From: an uncultured delta proteobacterium
Lineage (GTDB): Bacteria; Desulfobacterota; Desulfobacteria; Desulfobacterales; B30-G6
DNA: 64,000 nucleotides
Reading direction: 5' to 3'
Assembly (NCBI GenBank): GCA_963701385.1
Contig: CAVOZW010000006.1
Location: 75,720-139,719, forward strand
A program made the position numbers and the translations under genes. The notes below the pieces were generated by a model, which did no database searches, was not told where the DNA came from, and worked only from the letters and a program-made list of their open reading frames with translations. Shown here piece by piece: positions 27,083 to 35,073 of this stretch (positions within the stretch are counted from its first letter, which is position 1; each line of letters begins with the position of its first letter).

Positions 27083-27095
27083 GTATACAGTATAC
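27083..27095. promoter_or_regulatory. GTATACAGTATAC operator copy over the + strand promoter facing the biotin-carrier/carboxyltransferase operon
   Basis: TTGACT (27067..27072), 18 nt, TATACG (27091..27096). Same architecture as at 26986 and 34994. Confidence 0.6.
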
Positions 27096-27115
27096 GATTT
27101 TTATTGAACCCACAG

Positions 27116-27201
27116 GGAATGCGCTCGCTGTTGCGGTTAACCTACTTTTTTAACTTTCGGGTTGCACCATAAGCTAGAGAGCGAAATGGGTGATCCAATG
27201 G
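27116..27201 (+). repeat. Composite intergenic repeat: GGAATGCGCTCGCTGTTGCGGTT followed by the AACTTTCGGG...GCGAAATGGGTGATCCAATGG unit
   Basis: 27116..27138 equals 20171..20192 and the reverse complement of 6061..6082. 27150..27201 matches 8604..8654. Confidence 0.75.
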
Positions 27202-27362
27202 CGATTTGCGCTGTCTGAGTCGCTTAGGGCACCTTACATCAGCGCATGTTAATGAAAATCCAATATGAAAACATGGTCATTTGTAAGCTGTGCCTGTTTA
27301 ACCATATGGCCGGCGCTGATGTTAGGTGCCCTTGGGGCGAGTTCGCAAAGCGCCAGGGGATT

Positions 27363-27397
27363 ATTCATTTCGCGTTCGCTTTATCCCGAAAGTTGAC
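27363..27397 (-). repeat. Short inverted form of the same repeat family (ATTCATTTCGCGTTCGC..ATCCCGAAAGTTGA)
   Basis: Almost identical to 30518..30552. Its reverse complement aligns to AACTTTCGGG...GCGAAATG of 27150..27201, so the two form an inverted pair in the 5' leader of the 27428 gene. Confidence 0.7.
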
Positions 27398-27427
27398 TTT
27401 TTATCTCAAATTCAGGAGGTTCATGTT

Positions 27428-27640
27428 ATGTCTGATGTGATTGCACCCATGCCCGGAAAAATATGCGCTGTAAAAGTCAGTCCTGGGGATACCGTTATCG
27501 AGGATCAGGAAGTGCTGGTTCTCGAGGCCATGAAAATGGAAATGCCGATTGTCGCAACGGTCGCCGGTAGTGTTAAATCCGTAAACTGCAGTGAAGGGGA
27601 TGCGGTCCAGGGCGGCGATATCCTTATGGTCATCGATTGA
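27428..27640 (+). CDS. Biotin carboxyl-carrier / biotinyl-domain protein (70 aa)
   Basis: MSDVIAPMPGKICAVKVSPGD...VLVLEAMKMEMPIVA contains the EAMKM biotinylation motif. AGGAGG lies 9 nt before ATG 27428. Confidence 0.85.
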   Translation: MSDVIAPMPGKICAVKVSPGDTVIEDQEVLVLEAMKMEMPIVATVAGSVKSVNCSEGDAVQGGDILMVID

Positions 27641-27692
27641 TCGGGCGACCATTGGATATGCTACACATCTGAAGAAGTGAAAGGGGGACGGC

Positions 27693-29255
27693 ATGTCCGA
27701 CCAGACCACGCACGAAAGTGAGTTGAGCCGCCTTGCAACCCTTGCCCAAAGAGCCGAACAGGGGGGTGGCAGGAATGCTATCGAAAAACGCCACGCCCAG
27801 GGAAAACTCACTGCCAGGGAACGTTTGAATCTTCTATTCGATCCCCACACCTTCGTGGAGATAAACCAGCTTGCCGAGAGTCAGGCCGTCGATTTCGGCA
27901 TGCAGGAAAAAAAGGTTCCCGGCGACGGTGTCGTCATCGGCTATGGTGCCATCGACAAGCGGCTCGTTTTTGCCTATGCCCAGGACGCAACGGTGCTGGG
28001 AGGGTCCGTGGGAACCATTCACGGCCAGAAAATCTGCCGCATCATGGACGAGGCCTTGAAGGTTAAGGCACCCATCGTGGGACTTTTCGATTCAGGCGGC
28101 GGCAGGATCCATGAAGGCTTTTTCGCATCCAAAGGCGTGGCCGGCATGTTCTATCGCAACACGGCAGCCTCAGGCATCATCCCTCAGATATCGGCAATGA
28201 TGGGGCCGTGTGCCGGCGTGTCTGTATACTCCCCTGCCTTGACGGACTTCATTCTCATGGTTGAGGGAACCAGCCAGATGGCCATCACCGGCCCGGGGGT
28301 GATAAAATCCGTCACCGGTGAAGACGTGACCCTGGAAGAACTGGGTGGCGCCAAGGTCCACAGCGAAATTACCGGTCAGGCGCACATTGTCGTAAAAACA
28401 GATCAGGAGTGCATTCAGTCCATTCGAACCCTACTCGCCTATCTGCCCGCCAACAACGAAGAACGCCCACCCGTTGTTGACTTCGGAGACGACCCCTCTC
28501 GAGTCGATTCATCCTTGGCGGAATTGGTTCCCGCAGACTTTCGAAAAGCCTACGACATGCGACAGGTCATCACGCGCGTGGTGGACCATGGAACCTTCCA
28601 TGAACTGCTCGCCAAGTATGCAAAGAATATCATCATCGGTTTTGCACGAATGGATGGCCAAACCGTGGGCATCGTCGGCAATCAACCTATTTTTTTGGCA
28701 GGCTGTCTGGATGTGAACAGCTCGGACAAAGCCGCCCGGTTCATTCGATGTTGTGACGCTTTCAACATTCCTTTGATCAATTTCGTGGATGTGCCTGGCT
28801 ATTTTCCGGGCGTCAAACAAGAATACGCCGGTATTATCCGGCATGGTGCCAAAATGCTTTATGCCTATGCCGAGGCGACCGTCCCCAAAATTACCTTGGC
28901 GCTGAGAAAGGAATACGGAGGCGCCGTCATGGCCATGTGCTGTGTGGGGATGGGTGTGGACCAGATGCTGGCCTGGCCCATCGCCAAGCTGGTTGTCCTG
29001 GACACCACCACCGCCGTGAATCTGATTTTTCGAAAAGAAATTCAGGCTGCAGAGAACCCTCAAGAATTCAGGGATCGCATGATAAAAGCCTATGACCAAA
29101 AGTATTCGAATCCCTTTCATGCGGCTTCCAACATGCTCGTGGATGCGGTCATCGAACCGAGCAAAACAAGGCCCGAACTGATCAAAACACTGCGAATGCT
29201 TAAAAACAAAAAACGTCCTAAGCCCTTTCGACGGCATGGGAATATACCTTTGTGA
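27693..29255 (+). CDS. Acyl-CoA carboxyltransferase (propionyl-CoA carboxylase beta / methylmalonyl-CoA transcarboxylase 12S / glutaconyl-CoA decarboxylase alpha family)
   Basis: 520 aa. ...QGKLTARERLNLLFDPHTFVE...GDGVVIGYGAIDKRLVFAYAQDATVLGGSVG...DVPGYFPGVKQEYAGIIRHGAKMLYAY. Confidence 0.9.
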   Translation: MSDQTTHESELSRLATLAQRAEQGGGRNAIEKRHAQGKLTARERLNLLFDPHTFVEINQLAESQAVDFGMQEKKVPGDGVVIGYGAIDKRLVFAYAQDATVLGGSVGTIHGQKICRIMDEALKVKAPIVGLFDSGGGRIHEGFFASKGVAGMFYRNTAASGIIPQISAMMGPCAGVSVYSPALTDFILMVEGTSQMAITGPGVIKSVTGEDVTLEELGGAKVHSEITGQAHIVVKTDQECIQSIRTLLAYLPANNEERPPVVDFGDDPSRVDSSLAELVPADFRKAYDMRQVITRVVDHGTFHELLAKYAKNIIIGFARMDGQTVGIVGNQPIFLAGCLDVNSSDKAARFIRCCDAFNIPLINFVDVPGYFPGVKQEYAGIIRHGAKMLYAYAEATVPKITLALRKEYGGAVMAMCCVGMGVDQMLAWPIAKLVVLDTTTAVNLIFRKEIQAAENPQEFRDRMIKAYDQKYSNPFHAASNMLVDAVIEPSKTRPELIKTLRMLKNKKRPKPFRRHGNIPL

Positions 29256-29351
29256 TGTATTTGGTCATGCAATACTTGATAAGCTAGAGCAAAATGGGTG
29301 GTTTAATTTAGATCTTCGGAGTTAGTATTTCTTTTTGAAAGGAAAAATCAT

Positions 29352-30503
29352 ATGGATTTCACCCTCTCCAAGGAACACAAAGACATCCAAAAGGCAGCCA
29401 GAGAATTTGCCGTGGGCGAATTCACCCCTGTGGCACGTGAGTTTGATTTGCATGAAACCTTTCCGCAAAAAATTCTGGACAAGGCCCGCAAACTGGATCT
29501 TATCGGCTTGTTCATCCCCGAAGAATACGGCGGACCGGGTCTTGGTTACCTGGAGCATGCCATGGTGTTGGAAGAATTCTGGAAAATCGATCCGGGAATT
29601 AGCCAGCAATTATGTTCCGTGTCCTTCGGGGCCGAGGAACTGCTTCTTTTTGGTACCGAAGAACAAAAACAGACATTCCTGCCGCCATTGTTCAATGGAA
29701 ACGGCATCATGGGTTTTGCCATTACCGAACCCGATGCCGGAAGCGACACGGCTGCCGTAGCAACAACCGCGGTAAAAGATGGGGACGATTACGTCATCAA
29801 CGGCAGCAAGATCATGATCGGCAACGGTACGGTGGGAACGTTCTTGCTGGTCTTTTGTCTCACCAACCCGGATCAGAAATCAAAGACCGCCCGACACAGC
29901 GTCATCATTGTAGAAACAGATCGTGAGGGCTACAAAGCCGATAAAATGGACGGCAAGATGGGGCTGCGATGCTCTGATACAGCCGCCGTCTACTTCAACA
30001 ATGTCCGAGTACCCAAAGACAATTTGTTGGGCAAGGAGGGCAATGGCTTTATTCAACTGATGCATTTCTTCGATCGGTCCAGAGCCTATGTGGCTGCTCA
30101 CGGTGTTGGCTTGGCGCAAGGCGCCTTGGATCAGGCAGTTAAACACGTGAGGGGCAGAAAACAGTTCGGACGTCCCCTGGGTGCTTTCCAGGCCACCCAG
30201 TTTAAAATTGCTGAAATGGCAACCAAAATCGAAGCCGCAAGGAACATGGTCTACAAATCCGCCTGGCTTCTCGACAACGGCATGGCAGACACCAAGCTGA
30301 CCGCAATGGCCAAGCTGTATGCCTGCCACGTGGCCGTGACGGTGGTTGACGAGGCGCTTCAGCTGCACGGCGGATACGGGTATTTCAACGATTACGATAT
30401 CGAACGCTTCTACCGTGCTGCCAAAGTGCTTGAAATTTATGAAGGTACCAAGGAGGTCGAAAAGATTATCATTTCCCGGGAGATTTTGGGGAAATTGCAG
30501 TGA
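29352..30503 (+). CDS. Acyl-CoA dehydrogenase
   Basis: 383 aa. ...GFAITEPDAGSDTAAV..., C-terminal ...LQLHGGYGYFNDYDIERFYRAAKVLEIYEGTKEV with the catalytic Glu in YEGT. Confidence 0.9.
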   Translation: MDFTLSKEHKDIQKAAREFAVGEFTPVAREFDLHETFPQKILDKARKLDLIGLFIPEEYGGPGLGYLEHAMVLEEFWKIDPGISQQLCSVSFGAEELLLFGTEEQKQTFLPPLFNGNGIMGFAITEPDAGSDTAAVATTAVKDGDDYVINGSKIMIGNGTVGTFLLVFCLTNPDQKSKTARHSVIIVETDREGYKADKMDGKMGLRCSDTAAVYFNNVRVPKDNLLGKEGNGFIQLMHFFDRSRAYVAAHGVGLAQGALDQAVKHVRGRKQFGRPLGAFQATQFKIAEMATKIEAARNMVYKSAWLLDNGMADTKLTAMAKLYACHVAVTVVDEALQLHGGYGYFNDYDIERFYRAAKVLEIYEGTKEVEKIIISREILGKLQ

Positions 30504-30517
30504 ATCACCAAGCGCTT

Positions 30518-30552
30518 ATTCATTTCGCGTTCGCCGAATCCCGAAAGTTGAG
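30518..30552 (-). repeat. Second copy of the short ATTCATTTCGCGTTCGC..ATCCCGAAAGTTGA repeat
   Basis: attcatttcgcgttcgccgaatcccgaaagttgag compared with 27363..27397 attcatttcgcgttcgctttatcccgaaagttgac. Confidence 0.7.
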
Positions 30553-30613
30553 TCCTTAAGTCAATCCCAGGGCGCCAAACCTCATCACCCAGCAGATATG
30601 CCAAGGTAGACAC

Positions 30614-31570
30614 ATGTCGCGGATCCAACTATACATGGCCCCCATGAAGGGGATTAGCGATCATTTATTCAGGCGTGCGTTCGCAGACCATTTCGGGGGC
30701 TTCGATCTGGCGGTGGCACCCTTCATCACCACCAAGCAGGGTCATCGCATCAAGAGAAAATATGTCAAAGACGTCCTTCCGGAAAACAATGCCCGCCTGC
30801 CGGTTATTCCTCAGATTCTGAGTAAAACCGCAGATGAGTTTATCGTTCTGGCCAACTATCTATATGATCTGGGGTACGACACCGTCAACTGGAACCTGGG
30901 CTGCCCGTCTCCCATGGTAGCCAACAAGCAACGGGGCTCCGGCATGCTCCCCTACGCAGATCGGATTCAGGCATTTCTCGACTGGGTCATTCCTGAAATC
31001 AGGGGATCGCTTTCCATCAAAATGCGGCTGGGATGGAAGAACAAGCGTGATATTTTCAGATTGCTGCCCTTGATTGATCCCTACCCACTGGCGGAAATCA
31101 TCATTCATCCCCGGACCGGTCTGCAACGTTATCAAGGGACGGTGGATCTCAAGGCTTTCGAAGACTGTCTGGGCATGACACGTCACCGGACGGTTTACAA
31201 CGGGGACATTCGAAGCGTCGACGATTTCAAACGCCTTTACCATCGCTTTGGCCGCGTTCATGCCTGGATGATCGGCCGCGGGTGCATTGCCGATCCCTTT
31301 CTACCCGGTCGCATCACAAGCGGTGAGGATACTGTTGCGGATAAAATTCTTCGAATGCAACAGTTCCACGGAGCGCTCTTTGAAGCCTACAGCCGCGTGT
31401 TAGATGGTCCGTCACATGTGATGAACAAGATGAAAGGACTATGGCGCTATTTTTCGCTGTCCTTTGAAAACTGTAAAAAGGCGATGAAAAAAATCACCAA
31501 AACGCGCCAACCCGATCAGTACCTGGAACAGGTCAATCGGTTCTTTGAAACGGAAGCCCGGTTGCAGTGA
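30614..31570 (+). CDS. tRNA-dihydrouridine synthase family protein
   Basis: 318 aa. MAPMKGISDHLFRR..., NLGCPSPMV, IHPRTG... is the FMN TIM-barrel Dus pattern. Confidence 0.75.
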   Translation: MSRIQLYMAPMKGISDHLFRRAFADHFGGFDLAVAPFITTKQGHRIKRKYVKDVLPENNARLPVIPQILSKTADEFIVLANYLYDLGYDTVNWNLGCPSPMVANKQRGSGMLPYADRIQAFLDWVIPEIRGSLSIKMRLGWKNKRDIFRLLPLIDPYPLAEIIIHPRTGLQRYQGTVDLKAFEDCLGMTRHRTVYNGDIRSVDDFKRLYHRFGRVHAWMIGRGCIADPFLPGRITSGEDTVADKILRMQQFHGALFEAYSRVLDGPSHVMNKMKGLWRYFSLSFENCKKAMKKITKTRQPDQYLEQVNRFFETEARLQ

Positions 31571-31632
31571 ATCTACACGCGCTTACGCATGTGGCATCAC
31601 GGTCGGGGACAATGCCTGCGCATTTTCCGAAA

Positions 31633-31649
31633 AGCCGCCTTGGGCGGCT
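31633..31649. terminator. Stem-loop AGCCGCC-TTG-GGCGGCT between convergent dus and serA; on the minus strand it is followed by TTTTCGG
   Basis: aaaagccgccttgggcggcttta. The stem starts directly after the serA stop (31650..31652). Confidence 0.6.
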
Positions 31650-33230
31650 TTAGAGTTCCACCAGGTTAATACATTCCACCAGAGGCAAGGTCTCTATCTC
31701 TCTCAGAACACCCTCGGGGATCTCGGTATCCGTTGCCAGAAAAACGATATTGGTGTTTCCTTGATCACTTTCACCGACGTTCATCCGGCTGATGTTGATG
31801 CCCCGTTCGCCGAGCAATGCGGTTATGCTGCCAAATGCACCTGGTTTGTTGGCATTTCGTATGTAGGCAAAGTATCCTTTTGGTTCCATGGTAAGATGGA
31901 AGTCGTCGATTTTGACAATGGATGCGCGCTTCTTGCCGAATATCGTCCCGGATATATCACAGGTTCCTTCGGTGGTCACGACTCTCACCGAGATCAGATT
32001 GATATATTCATCCGGATCGGATGTCGTGGTTTCCGATACCTTGATACCCCTTTCCTGGGCCAGCACATTTGCGTTCACGTAGTTGACATCGTCTTTGACC
32101 ATGGGCGTCAGCAAGCCTTTTAACACACTGGTGGTAATCGGTGTATGATCCATGCCCTGGAAATCGCCGGCATATTCGATGCCAACCTCTTTTACAGCAC
32201 CTTTGCACAACTGGGTTACCAGACACCCGATCCGATCACCCAGGTTCAGATAAGGCCCTATCTTGGTCAAAAGCTCGCCTGCGACCGATGGCACATTGAC
32301 CGCGTTGGTAATGGTCCCTGTTTTCAGATAATCGATGATTTGCCTGGCCACGGCAACCGCTACATTTGTCTGGGCTTCCCTTGTCGAAGCGCCCAAATGG
32401 GGTGTGCAGATAACATTATCATGCTCGACCAAGGAGCAGGTTCCGGGGGGTTCGGTTTCAAACACATCCAATGCAGCGCCGGCAACCTTGCCCGAGGCGA
32501 TGGCATCGTTGAGATCCTTTTCATTGACAATACCACCCCTGGCACAGTTGATGATCATGACCCCATTTTTCATTTGGCTAAAGGCATCTTTGTTCAACAG
32601 CCCGGTGGTATTTTTTAATTTGGGAACATGAATGGTGATATAGTCGGCCCTTTGGTATAGTTCCTCCAGGGAGACACTTTCAAAACCATCTTTCTGTATC
32701 TGTTCCGGGGAGACAAAGGGATCGTAAACGATGACCAGCATTCGAAGACCCCTGGCCCTGTCTGCAACAATGGAGCCGATTTTTCCATAGCCCACAACAC
32801 CCAGGGTCTTATTGTATACCTCCCTACCCTGTAGCAGCTTCTTGTCCCACCTTCCGGATTTCAAGGAACGCGTTCCCCTGGGGATGTTCCTCGTCAATGC
32901 CATCATCATGGAGATGGCATGCTCTGCCGTTGTGATCACATTCCCGGTGGGTGTGTTCATCACCACAATACCGTGTTTTGTGGCCGCGGTGATATCGACA
33001 TTGTCCAATCCGATGCCAGCCCTTCCGACGACTTTAAGCTTTTTGGCTTCCCCGATGAGATCGGCCGTGACCTTGGTAGCACTCCGTATCACCAGTGCAT
33101 GGTATTCAGGGATGATTTTTTTAAGCTCCTCCGGCGGCAAGCCGGTCTTCACATCCACCGTTAGGCCCTCTTCTTCTTCGAACATCTTGATGCCGATGTC
33201 ACCCAGTTGGTCACTCACCAGAACTTTCAT
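31650..33230 (-). CDS. serA: D-3-phosphoglycerate dehydrogenase (long form with ACT domain)
   Basis: 526 aa. GRAGIGLDNVD, GVVGYGKIGS NAD site, catalytic ...TPHLGAST..., C-terminal regulatory domain. Confidence 0.9.
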   Translation of the reverse strand: MKVLVSDQLGDIGIKMFEEEEGLTVDVKTGLPPEELKKIIPEYHALVIRSATKVTADLIGEAKKLKVVGRAGIGLDNVDITAATKHGIVVMNTPTGNVITTAEHAISMMMALTRNIPRGTRSLKSGRWDKKLLQGREVYNKTLGVVGYGKIGSIVADRARGLRMLVIVYDPFVSPEQIQKDGFESVSLEELYQRADYITIHVPKLKNTTGLLNKDAFSQMKNGVMIINCARGGIVNEKDLNDAIASGKVAGAALDVFETEPPGTCSLVEHDNVICTPHLGASTREAQTNVAVAVARQIIDYLKTGTITNAVNVPSVAGELLTKIGPYLNLGDRIGCLVTQLCKGAVKEVGIEYAGDFQGMDHTPITTSVLKGLLTPMVKDDVNYVNANVLAQERGIKVSETTTSDPDEYINLISVRVVTTEGTCDISGTIFGKKRASIVKIDDFHLTMEPKGYFAYIRNANKPGAFGSITALLGERGINISRMNVGESDQGNTNIVFLATDTEIPEGVLREIETLPLVECINLVEL

Positions 33231-33330
33231 CTTTCACCCCCTGATAGATTCGTCTTTCGATTTGCACTCGGTGAACAAGCGTATATTTAATTTAAAATAT
33301 CAAGTTGTTATGATACATAAGTTGAACAAG

Positions 33331-33365
33331 AAAAGCGCTCCCCGTGCCAGGCACGAGAAGCGCTC
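33331..33365 (-). terminator. Rho-independent-type terminator downstream of trpB2 (minus strand)
   Basis: Minus strand reads GGAGCGCTTCTCGTGCC-TG-GCACGGGGAGCGCTTTTCTTGTT. This is a GC-rich stem with G-U pairs followed by a T run. Confidence 0.6.
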
Positions 33366-33509
33366 CTATCCGTCAGTTTCTAGCTCCTTTAAAGTTGATC
33401 GTTTTTCCCAAGGTATCGGTCGCGATGGTTTTTACATACCGATACGTCGGCCGGGACCTGGTCGAAGCGACAATGTCGCCTTTGCTAACATCGCCCAGTG
33501 ATTTAATAA

Positions 33510-34883
33510 TTAGCGACTCTTCAACAGCGCAGGCTTTGGATATTCCGCCAGCACTTTTTGAGATTCCAGGATGGCATCTTCGTCGAGGGTGATGTCTTCC
33601 AATTGCCCGGACAGATACTTGTCATAAGCCGCAAGGTCGATCAAACCGTGCCCGCTGAAATTAAAAAGGATCACCTTCTCCTTGCCCTCTTCTTTGGCCT
33701 TTCGGGCTTCATCCACCACACATGCCAGGGCATGATTGGTTTCAGGTGCCGGGATGACGCCTTCCGTACGCGCAACGAGCAGGCCTGCTTTATACGTGGC
33801 GAGCTGACCGACAGCTTTGGCTTCCAAGATCCCCTCGGAAACCAACTGACTGACAGTCGGCGCCATGCCGTGGTACCGCAACCCGCCCGCGTGAAGCGGT
33901 GGGGGCACAAAGGTATGACCCAGGCTGTGCATCGGAAGCAGGGGGGTCATTTTTGCATAATCACCATGGTCATAGGCAAAGGGCGCCCGTGTCAAAGTCG
34001 GGCACGCTTCAGGTTCCACCGGGTATATGGCGACGTCCTTGCCGTTGATTTTGTCGTGCGCAAATGGAAATGCAAGGCCGGCGAAATTGCTCCCCCCGCC
34101 TGCGCACCCGATAATGATATCCGGGTATTCGTTCACTTTTTCTAATTGTTTCTTGGCCTCAAGCCCGATGATGGTCTGGTGAAGCATCACGTGATTCAAG
34201 ACGCTGCCTAGGGCATATCGTGTCTCACCGGACGCATCCGTGACCGCTGCTTCGACGGCTTCACTAATGGCGATTCCCAGGCTGCCCGGCGTATCCGGGT
34301 CCATTTCGAGAACGGCCTTTCCGGCTTGTGTTTCCGTGCTTGGACTGGCAATACAGTTGGCACCCCAAGTGGCCATCATGGCTTTGCGATACGGTTTTTG
34401 ATCGAAACTGATTCGGACCATGAAGACCTTGCACTCGAGACCGAACTGGGAACAGGCAAATGCCAGGGCACTTCCCCACTGGCCGGCGCCGGTTTCGGTG
34501 GTCAAACGCTTGATGCCGAATTCCTTGTTGTAATAAGCTTGCGCAACGGCCGTGTTGGGTTTGTGGCTGCCCGGCGGACTGACGCCTTCATACTTGTAGT
34601 AGATGCGCGCCGGCGTATCGAGGGCTTTTTCCAGCTCAAAGGCCCGGATCAAAGGAGACGGCCGCCAGATTCTGAGGACCTTTAAAATTCCTTCAGGAAT
34701 ATCAATCCAGCGTTCGCTGCTGACCTCTTGTTCAATCAGGTTCATGGGAAAAACCGGGGCAAGCATGTCCGGTGTGATGGGTCCATCCGGCCCCAGGGGT
34801 GGATTCATTTTGATATCCGCAAGAATATTGTACCACTGCCGCGGCATCTCATCTTCTGACAAGAGTATTTTTTTTGTTTCCAT
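33510..34883 (-). CDS. trpB: TrpB2-type tryptophan synthase beta-like PLP enzyme
   Basis: 457 aa with the long N-terminal extension typical of TrpB2. ...[24 protein letters not shown] (PLP lysine). AGGAAGGAGGAGCCTATG RBS. Confidence 0.85.
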   Translation of the reverse strand: METKKILLSEDEMPRQWYNILADIKMNPPLGPDGPITPDMLAPVFPMNLIEQEVSSERWIDIPEGILKVLRIWRPSPLIRAFELEKALDTPARIYYKYEGVSPPGSHKPNTAVAQAYYNKEFGIKRLTTETGAGQWGSALAFACSQFGLECKVFMVRISFDQKPYRKAMMATWGANCIASPSTETQAGKAVLEMDPDTPGSLGIAISEAVEAAVTDASGETRYALGSVLNHVMLHQTIIGLEAKKQLEKVNEYPDIIIGCAGGGSNFAGLAFPFAHDKINGKDVAIYPVEPEACPTLTRAPFAYDHGDYAKMTPLLPMHSLGHTFVPPPLHAGGLRYHGMAPTVSQLVSEGILEAKAVGQLATYKAGLLVARTEGVIPAPETNHALACVVDEARKAKEEGKEKVILFNFSGHGLIDLAAYDKYLSGQLEDITLDEDAILESQKVLAEYPKPALLKSR

Positions 34884-34993
34884 AGGCTCCTCCTTCCTGA
34901 TTAGGTATGGTGATGGTTTGATGAATTGTTCTACAGGGTAAGAATCGGTCTAACACGCTGAAACAGATTCATTTTTTAACTTGACTTCAAACG

Positions 34994-35008
34994 TGTATAC
35001 AGTATACA
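34994..35008. promoter_or_regulatory. Third copy of the palindromic operator TGTATACAGTATACA, over the promoter of the 35074 operon
   Basis: TTGACT (34981..34986), 16 nt, TATACA (35003..35008), 66 nt upstream of ATG 35074. Confidence 0.6.
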
Positions 35009-35073
35009 GGTGTTAGTCAAGAGAATAATGGACTATAATCTATTTTTTACCTTAAATAAACAAGGAAATCCCC

